From: an uncultured Chloroflexia bacterium
GTDB lineage: Bacteria; Chloroflexota; Limnocylindria; Limnocylindrales; CSP1-4
Direction: 5' to 3'
DNA length: 64,000 nt
Assembly (NCBI GenBank): GCA_963713095.1
Contig: CAVQKK010000001.1
Span: 338,054 to 402,053, forward strand
Positions within the stretch are counted from its first letter, which is position 1. The number at the start of each line of letters is the position of its first letter. The notes under the pieces were generated by a model, which had not been told where the DNA came from, did not search any database, and saw only the letters and a list, made by a program, of their open reading frames with translations. Made by a program: the position numbers and the translations under genes. This document shows, one piece after another, positions 58,450 to 64,000 of the stretch.

Positions 58450-59550
58450 CTAGCCCGATGAGACACTCGACCTCGGTCCGATGATCCGGTCCATTCGGGC
58501 GGCTGCCCGTTCGAGCATGGCCGGCGTCAGGTGCGCGTAGACGTCCGCCGTGGTGGACAGGTCGGTATGGCCGAGCGACCGGGATACCACGGCCAGCTCC
58601 TCACCGTCCTCGAGCATGAGGGTCGCGTAGGCATGGCGGAGGTCATGGAACCGCTGCCGCGGCAGGCCCAGCCGGGCGAGTGCCCGCTGTAGCTCCTGGG
58701 TCACGTTGCGGGAGTCCAGCGGCGTCCCGGTTCGACTGGCGAACACGTAGCCATCCCGGCCGCGGACCGGCTGGCGCGCGCGGTGGGCGCGGAGGGTGGC
58801 GACCGTCTCGGGGCCGAGCCGAAGGGTCCGGCGGGCCCGTGGTGTCTTGGGTTCGGCCAGCACCCGCGTGGCCCGTTGGAGGGTGTGCCGGATCGCCAGC
58901 GTGCCGGCGTCAAGGTCGACGTCGGACCACCGGAGCGCGAGTAGCTCGCCCTGGCGCATCCCCGTGGCGATGGCCAGCGCGTAGATCGCCCCGAAGCGAT
59001 CCTCGGCCGTGCCGGCGATCAGGTCGCGCGCCTTCTCGGCCGTGAGCGGCTGTAGCTCGTGGCGAGCCTTGGCCGGGGGATCGACCAGCGTTGCCACGTT
59101 GCGCGCGACCTTGCCCTGTTTGAGCGCACGCCCGAGTGCGATCCGAAGCACGCTGTAGGCGTAGCGCACCGTGGTGGGGGACAGGTCGCCGCGGGCGGTC
59201 AGGCCGGCCAGCATGTGCGCCACGTCGGCCGGCTCGAGCTTGGCCAGCGGGCGCGAGCCGATGGCCGGGAGGATGTACCTCCGCACCGTTTCGCTGTAGC
59301 TCTCCACCGTCCGCGGACGGCACCGCGTGGCCACCGTCGTGCCCAGCCATTCGGCCAGCCACGCCGCGACCGTCATCCGACCGCGGACCGGCCGGATGCC
59401 GCTGTCAGCCGCCGCGCACGCCGCGCGGAGTCGTTCCTGCGCCTCGCGTTTCGTGGCGCCGTAGACGCTGAGGTCGCGCCCGTTGACCCGGGCCCGCCCT
59501 TCCCATCGGCCATTGGACCGCTGCCGGACGCCGCCACCGCTACCGCTCAT
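58450..59550 (-). CDS. Tyrosine integrase (phage/ICE type with N-terminal arm-binding domain)
   Basis: GGVRQRSNGRWEG N-terminus, TGMRQGELLALRWSD, PKT, FHDLRH, LGH, VYAH. Confidence 0.95.
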   Translation of the reverse strand: MSGSGGGVRQRSNGRWEGRARVNGRDLSVYGATKREAQERLRAACAAADSGIRPVRGRMTVAAWLAEWLGTTVATRCRPRTVESYSETVRRYILPAIGSRPLAKLEPADVAHMLAGLTARGDLSPTTVRYAYSVLRIALGRALKQGKVARNVATLVDPPAKARHELQPLTAEKARDLIAGTAEDRFGAIYALAIATGMRQGELLALRWSDVDLDAGTLAIRHTLQRATRVLAEPKTPRARRTLRLGPETVATLRAHRARQPVRGRDGYVFASRTGTPLDSRNVTQELQRALARLGLPRQRFHDLRHAYATLMLEDGEELAVVSRSLGHTDLSTTADVYAHLTPAMLERAAARMDRIIGPRSSVSSG

Positions 59551-59623
59551 CGTTCGCCCCTTGCTGCTGGTGCCCGAGCACGTCCGCCCGCTGCGCGTCG
59601 CGCGCCGCTCGACGGTCCCGGAC

Positions 59624-60193
59624 CTATTGGAAGGTCGCCCGATCCTGTTCCTGCTGCGCCCGGGCCGCGAGCGCCCAGTCGGCAAACTCCGCATGTAGCC
59701 CGATGATGGCCCCGGCCGGCGCCGCGCCCCGGTTCACCGCCGCGAACAGGGCCGCCGGATCGACCCACGGCGTGAACGCTAGATAGCACTCGACGTCCTC
59801 TGCCGCGCCTCGCACCGCGAGCGAAGCGAGCAGGTGGACGTCGGCCGGTTCGAGCTCGGGATATGCGCGCCCGATGCGCGCGATCCACGCAGCCATGGCC
59901 CGGGTCGGCCACCAATCCGGGCCGGGGCCCTCGATCACGTAGCGGAGCACGGCGAGCACGGCCCGCGAGTCGGCAGGTTCGAGGTCATCCGCCATTGACC
60001 ACGGGCCCGAGTCATCCGGTCGACTGAACGCGCGGAGGTACCGCTGCACCGTCCGTAGGCTCGGGCTGTCCGCATCCCCGTCCCTGGCGACTAGCTCACG
60101 GTGGATCTGGCCGGCCGTCCAGTCGGGATGCTTGACCGCCACGGCTCGCAACGCGTCAGCCACCGGACCGTTGAGCCTCGTTCGTGGCGCCAT
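59624..60193 (-). CDS. HTH DNA-binding protein, probable element repressor
   Basis: HPDWTAGQIHREL...PSLRTVQRYL HTH; AGGAGG SD; divergent from the xis gene. Confidence 0.7.
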   Translation of the reverse strand: MAPRTRLNGPVADALRAVAVKHPDWTAGQIHRELVARDGDADSPSLRTVQRYLRAFSRPDDSGPWSMADDLEPADSRAVLAVLRYVIEGPGPDWWPTRAMAAWIARIGRAYPELEPADVHLLASLAVRGAAEDVECYLAFTPWVDPAALFAAVNRGAAPAGAIIGLHAEFADWALAARAQQEQDRATFQ

Positions 60194-60294
60194 CTGTCCT
60201 CCTAGTGTCGCGTTGTGCGTATTGAGTTGTCGCGTCCACAGGATATGGTGTCGTTAGGCCAGTTGGCAAGTGGAAACACGGGAGATTAGCCCGG
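60194..60294. promoter_or_regulatory. Divergent control region with TGTCG repeats
   Basis: AT-richer; TGTCGCGT at 60206 and 60228, TGTCGT at 60249; possible TTGAGT/TATGGT promoter. Confidence 0.55.
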
Positions 60295-60510
60295 ATGACG
60301 CGAAACGGGAACGACGAGGACGCGCGGCCGATCCTCGTGAACGTCGAAACGGCCGCCCGCCTGCTCGGCATCAGCCGCAGCGAGGCGTACCAGATGGTCG
60401 CCCGAGGCGAGCTGCCAACGGTTCGCTTCGGCCGGGCCGTGCGCGTCCATCGTGGCCAACTCGAACGGTGGGCCGACGAGCAGGCGCGCGTCGCCGCCGC
60501 TGCGGGATAG
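60295..60510 (+). CDS. Excisionase-like HTH (HTH_17/AlpA-like) protein
   Basis: LVNVETAARLLGISRSEAYQMVARGELPTVRFGRAVRV. Confidence 0.9.
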   Translation: MTRNGNDEDARPILVNVETAARLLGISRSEAYQMVARGELPTVRFGRAVRVHRGQLERWADEQARVAAAAG

Positions 60511-60569
60511 GAAGCGACAAGAGGCCCCGCCGGCATCTGATCTGCCCGGCGAGGCCAAGAGGAGCCGCG

Positions 60570-60752
60570 ATGGAACCGCGACCCAATGAGCAGCGTAGCG
60601 ACCGGCCGTCGCCATTGCCACCCGTGACCGATGCCGACCTCGAGCGCGAGCGCGCGGCCAAGATCGCCAGCGTCGCCGGTCACCTCGCCGCTGAGCGGGC
60701 GCGTCGGGGCATCTCCAGCTGGTCGGTTCGGCCCTCGGCTCGTCCGTCATGA
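60570..60752 (+). CDS. Small hypothetical protein
   Basis: GAGGAG SD; stop overlaps the next ATG (ATGA). Confidence 0.55.
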   Translation: MEPRPNEQRSDRPSPLPPVTDADLERERAAKIASVAGHLAAERARRGISSWSVRPSARPS

Positions 60753-61867
60753 GCGCCGATCCCCTCATGGCCGACTGGGACGGCCCCATTGACGAGCGAT
60801 GGGTCGCCGAGCAGGCGCGGCGTCAGGCACTCGTCGACCGTGCCCCGGTCGAGCCGCCCTGGCTGGCCGAGGCGCCCGCGGTCGTGCCCGTGGCACCCAT
60901 GCGACCGGCCCCGGCCCCCGTCGAGCCCGAGGCCGTGACCTGGCGCACCCTCGCTGACGTCCCGGACGATCCCCCCGCACCGCTGCTGCTCGGGATGCTC
61001 GAGCACGGGCCGACCCTCTGCTACGGGGCGCCCGGGGTCGGCAAGGGCACCACCGGCGCGTGGATGGTCCGCGAGCTGCTCGAGCTCGGCCACCGGCCGA
61101 TGATCTTCGATGCCGAGCGACGCGAGCGCGAATGGTCCCGGCGCGTGTCCGGGCTGGGTGCCGACCGGCGGAGCGTCGTCTACCTGGCCCCCGGCGACCT
61201 CGGGCCGAAGCTCGCCGGCCGGCCGCTGTGGGACGTGGCGCCCGCCCTCGGCCGTGTCATGGTCGCGAGCCGCGCGGACATCCTGCTGGTGGACAGCATC
61301 CTCCCGGCCATCGGCGTCGGCGAGGAGCGGCTACGGTCCGATGCTCAGGCGCCATTCCTGTACGTGGACGCCCTCGAGGCGCTCGGCCGGCCGTCCGTAT
61401 CGTTCGGCCATCCTCCGAAGGGACAGCCGGAGGGTGACCCGTTCGGGTCGCTGGCATGGCTCGCGGCCATGCGGTTGACGTGGATCGGCACCCGGGCCGA
61501 GGGTGACGCGCACCGCGTCCGGTGGCGCCCTCGCAAGCGCAACGAGCGCGGCCATATCGCCGGCGTGCTGCTGACCTTCGAATACGGGCTAGACGGGCGC
61601 CTGTGTGGCGTGCAGCGCGACGACGACGAGGAGAGCACGCGCGATTGGATCCTCGCCGCCCTGATCGCCGGCCCGCGGACCGTCTCCGCCCTGGCCGACG
61701 AGCTGCTCGAGGATGCCGAGGAGCCACCCTCCGATGATCGGCGAGCCCGCGTCAAGCAGCGATTGGCGCAGGCCCTCCTGCGCATGAAGCGCGAAGGGTG
61801 GGTGTCGAAGGACGGCACCACCGGCCCCGGAGTCCGGTGGCATCTCCGGCTCGAGGATCGGCCGTGA
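60749..61867 (+). CDS. RecA-superfamily/AAA_25-like ATPase with C-terminal winged helix, candidate replication protein
   Basis: Walker A GAPGVGKGT, IFDAE, Walker B ILLVDS; ILAAL..GPRTVSALADEL...LLRMKREGWV wHTH. Confidence 0.78.
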   Translation: MSADPLMADWDGPIDERWVAEQARRQALVDRAPVEPPWLAEAPAVVPVAPMRPAPAPVEPEAVTWRTLADVPDDPPAPLLLGMLEHGPTLCYGAPGVGKGTTGAWMVRELLELGHRPMIFDAERREREWSRRVSGLGADRRSVVYLAPGDLGPKLAGRPLWDVAPALGRVMVASRADILLVDSILPAIGVGEERLRSDAQAPFLYVDALEALGRPSVSFGHPPKGQPEGDPFGSLAWLAAMRLTWIGTRAEGDAHRVRWRPRKRNERGHIAGVLLTFEYGLDGRLCGVQRDDDEESTRDWILAALIAGPRTVSALADELLEDAEEPPSDDRRARVKQRLAQALLRMKREGWVSKDGTTGPGVRWHLRLEDRP

Positions 61868-61869
61868 AC

Positions 61870-62051
61870 GTGTCGGGAACTCGGTTCTGGACAGCCCGCA
61901 CGAGCCGTGTCGGGAACCGTGTCGGGAACCGCACGAGCCGTGTCGGGAACCGCACGAGCCGTGTCGGGAATGAGCACGAACCCGTGTCGGGAACCCTGTC
62001 GGCGCCTATTCCCGACACGAACGGGGGACGTAGGCCCCCCGTGTCGGGAAC
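61870..62051. repeat. Iteron-like array of GTGTCGGGAA(C), candidate origin
   Basis: Direct copies at 61870, 61907, 61919, 61940, 61961, 61984, 62041; inverted copy at 62009-62018. Confidence 0.85.
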
Positions 62052-62073
62052 TCCCGGACGGAACGAACGACCG

Positions 62074-62556
62074 ATGAGAGAAGCGGGCGCCGTGAGCTTC
62101 GATGTACGCGGACTCCCGGTGGCGCAGGGTTCCGCTCGCGCGTTCGTCGCCGGAGGCCGGGCGATCGTCGCCACCGAAGGCAACCGCCCGCGGTCGCCCC
62201 TCGGGGCATGGCGCTCGGCGATCGCCTCCGAGGCCCGCAGCGCGATCGGCTCGGCGCCGCTGCTCTCCGGCCCGGTCCGGGTGGGGCTCGTGTTCCGACT
62301 CCCGCGGCCACGGTCGCACTACCTCCCGGCCAATGGCCGCCGGCCCGTGCCCGTGCTCCGGCTCGAGGCGCCCGTCTATCACGGTGGCAAGCCCGACGCC
62401 GACAAGCTCGCCCGGGCCGCGCTGGACGCCCTGTCCGCCGTCGTGTTCGGGGACGATGCCCAGGTGGCCCGGCTCACCGTCACGAAGCTCTACACCGGCC
62501 CGGACGAAGGCCCCGGCGTCGCCGTGTCGGTCCGATGCCTCGAGGCGACCCGATGA
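62074..62556 (+). CDS. RusA-family Holliday junction resolvase
   Basis: GLPVAQGS, GPVRVGLVFRLPRP, KPDADKLARAALDAL, DDAQV; frame is open back to GTG 61864. Confidence 0.88.
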   Translation: MREAGAVSFDVRGLPVAQGSARAFVAGGRAIVATEGNRPRSPLGAWRSAIASEARSAIGSAPLLSGPVRVGLVFRLPRPRSHYLPANGRRPVPVLRLEAPVYHGGKPDADKLARAALDALSAVVFGDDAQVARLTVTKLYTGPDEGPGVAVSVRCLEATR

Positions 62557-62840
62557 GCCACCGACCCGCCGGCTCGCCTCGGTTCCGTGCTGGCCGCGAT
62601 GGCGTCGCCCACGCGCACCGTGGCCGCGATCCGCGGGCCCTCTGTGGGGCCCCCAGCGTCCCGGAGCGGTTCGCCTGGCCCGAGACGAGCCGGTGTGCCG
62701 ACTGCCTGGCGCTCGACCTCTGGCCCACCACATCCCCCACCGTCCGCCGACCGGATCGAGGCGTGCTGCCTGGTGGCGCCTCCCGCGCTGGCGACCGTCC
62801 GCGGGCGGTGGGCCCCCCATCCGGAAGGAGCGAGCCGTGA
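62553..62840 (+). CDS. Putative small zinc-binding protein
   Basis: AH...ALCG...CADC; ATGA overlap upstream and GTGA overlap downstream. Confidence 0.6.
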   Translation: MSHRPAGSPRFRAGRDGVAHAHRGRDPRALCGAPSVPERFAWPETSRCADCLALDLWPTTSPTVRRPDRGVLPGGASRAGDRPRAVGPPSGRSEP

Positions 62841-63070
62841 TCTGCGCCGTTTGCCGCCTGCCTCTGACCGCGGGCGAGGCCCTCGAGGTGCTCGACCTCG
62901 CGACCGGCAGCGCCTGGCACGTCCACAGGCCAGCGGCCGGGAGCGGCGGCCGATGCTTCCGGGTCGGCGCACCTGGCGGCCAGCGGTTCGCGATCCGGCT
63001 CGTTGACGAGCTCGCGGCCCGCGACCACGACCGCCGGACCCTCGACCTCGACCCACCCGACCTCACGTAA
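62837..63070 (+). CDS. Putative small zinc-binding protein
   Basis: CAVC...HVH...C; AAGGAG SD. Confidence 0.6.
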   Translation: MICAVCRLPLTAGEALEVLDLATGSAWHVHRPAAGSGGRCFRVGAPGGQRFAIRLVDELAARDHDRRTLDLDPPDLT

Positions 63071-63084
63071 AGGAGATATGCACC

Positions 63085-63819
63085 ATGGCCATCCTCGATA
63101 CCAAACCGCGCCGATCGTTGGCGCCGAGCGACGTCGAAGAACTCGGCACCGTCGGCCCCAACCGATATGTCCGCTACCGCGAGCGTGAATACGTCATGGG
63201 CTCGGGACCGATGGACGCCGGCAGCGTCGCCGCGCCAGTCAGCGATGGCGAGATCCGCATCGCCGAGCGGAAGGAGCGCGTCGATTACGGGACCGTGGGC
63301 AGCTACACCGCGACGATCCGCGGGACCGAGGTGCCGACCGGCACCTACGCGGCCCAGGTGGCGCGCGAGGCGAAGCGACGCCGCGCGTTCGAGCCGAAGG
63401 CGCGGCAGCCGCTCGATCTGCTCGCGAGGATGCCGGCGCTGGCGCCGACCGGACCGAAGGTGCTTGGGGCCGGCTCGCCCGTGTCACGCTACGTCGAAGG
63501 CGCCCGTCCGTCAGCGGACGTCGATGCCGTGCTGCGGTTGTGCGAGCGCGAAGGCGTGAGCCTGAGCCTGGCGCCTGCCGGCAAGTTGCTCCTGCATGGT
63601 CCTGCCGGCCGCGCGACGGACGGGGTGCTGGGTCTGCTGCGGATCGTCGAGCGGCTGGTGGTGGGCCGCCTGAGCGGCAGGGTGGTCCCGTGCGAGTGCT
63701 GGCACGTGGACGGGCCTCCGGCTGCCGTGACCATGCTCGCCCTCGATGTCGCAGCGTGCGCCGACCATGCGTCGGGCGCCTTGCCGATCATCGACTCGAC
63801 ACGGGCCGGTGCGTCGTGA
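63085..63819 (+). CDS. Hypothetical protein with C-terminal Cys/His cluster
   Basis: AAGGAG SD; CECWH...CADH; GC-rich codon pattern. Confidence 0.65.
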   Translation: MAILDTKPRRSLAPSDVEELGTVGPNRYVRYREREYVMGSGPMDAGSVAAPVSDGEIRIAERKERVDYGTVGSYTATIRGTEVPTGTYAAQVAREAKRRRAFEPKARQPLDLLARMPALAPTGPKVLGAGSPVSRYVEGARPSADVDAVLRLCEREGVSLSLAPAGKLLLHGPAGRATDGVLGLLRIVERLVVGRLSGRVVPCECWHVDGPPAAVTMLALDVAACADHASGALPIIDSTRAGAS

Positions 63820-64000
63820 GCACGCCCAAGGTGCACGGGCGCAAGATCGTCGCGACGATCGTCGACGTTGAGCACATCGAACGCAAGGCGACACCTGGCG
63901 CCCGGACCGTGGCCGCCCGGCTGAGCATCGCGGGCCAGTCACCCGCGGTGGCGTGGGTCCGTGGTCCACGCCCGACCGAGCCACCGAAGCCACCGGAGGA
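63816..64000 (+). CDS. Hypothetical protein, truncated by the window end
   Basis: GTGA overlap with the previous stop; frame MSTPKVHGRKIVATIVDVEHIERK stays open to the end. Confidence 0.45.
   Translation, partial: MSTPKVHGRKIVATIVDVEHIERKATPGARTVAARLSIAGQSPAVAWVRGPRPTEPPKPPE

Larger units (their letters stand above)
58370..64000. mobile_element. Integrated element (phage satellite/prophage/ICE-like) at tRNA-Pro, continuing past the window end
   Basis: Integrase converging on the tRNA 3' end, divergent HTH/Xis pair, AAA ATPase, repeat array, RusA, short coupled ORFs; second att site not visible. Confidence 0.85.

Noticed and set aside
61870-62051. Element repeat array as a mini-CRISPR
   Set aside because: The repeat is only 10-11 bp with short, partly identical intervals; it fits iterons better

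Overview
Very GC-rich (by eye about 72-74%) bacterial chromosome segment. Gene content and order suggest a monoderm Terrabacteria organism, probably Chloroflexota (inference, not verified). Bases 1-58.4 kb are mostly + strand housekeeping genes: topA-xerC-murJ-two FemABX transferases-murE, rel, hisS/aspS, typA, cysteine desulfurase/mnmA, alaS-ruvX-mltG, efp, xseAB-dxs-tlyA-nadK-recN-xerD, scpAB-rluB, a cmk-plsC fusion, ispH and der. A heavily frameshifted hybrid histidine kinase pseudogene lies at about 20.5-23.5 kb. From tRNA-Pro(GGG) at 58.3 kb to the window end is the left part of an integrated phage-satellite/ICE-like element: integrase, divergent HTH/excisionase pair, RecA/AAA-wHTH protein, iteron-like repeat array, RusA and zinc-finger ORFs. 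Most unusual observations: (1) an orphan FtsA-like actin ATPase paired with a membrane-anchored baseplate-J-like surface protein carrying a low-GC, apparently swapped domain, inside the alaS-ruvX-mltG locus; (2) at least six tiny ORFs whose stop codons overlap the next gene's start, most also starting at the previous gene's stop, in a genome where most operon heads look leaderless; (3) the iteron-bearing element with no visible primase.
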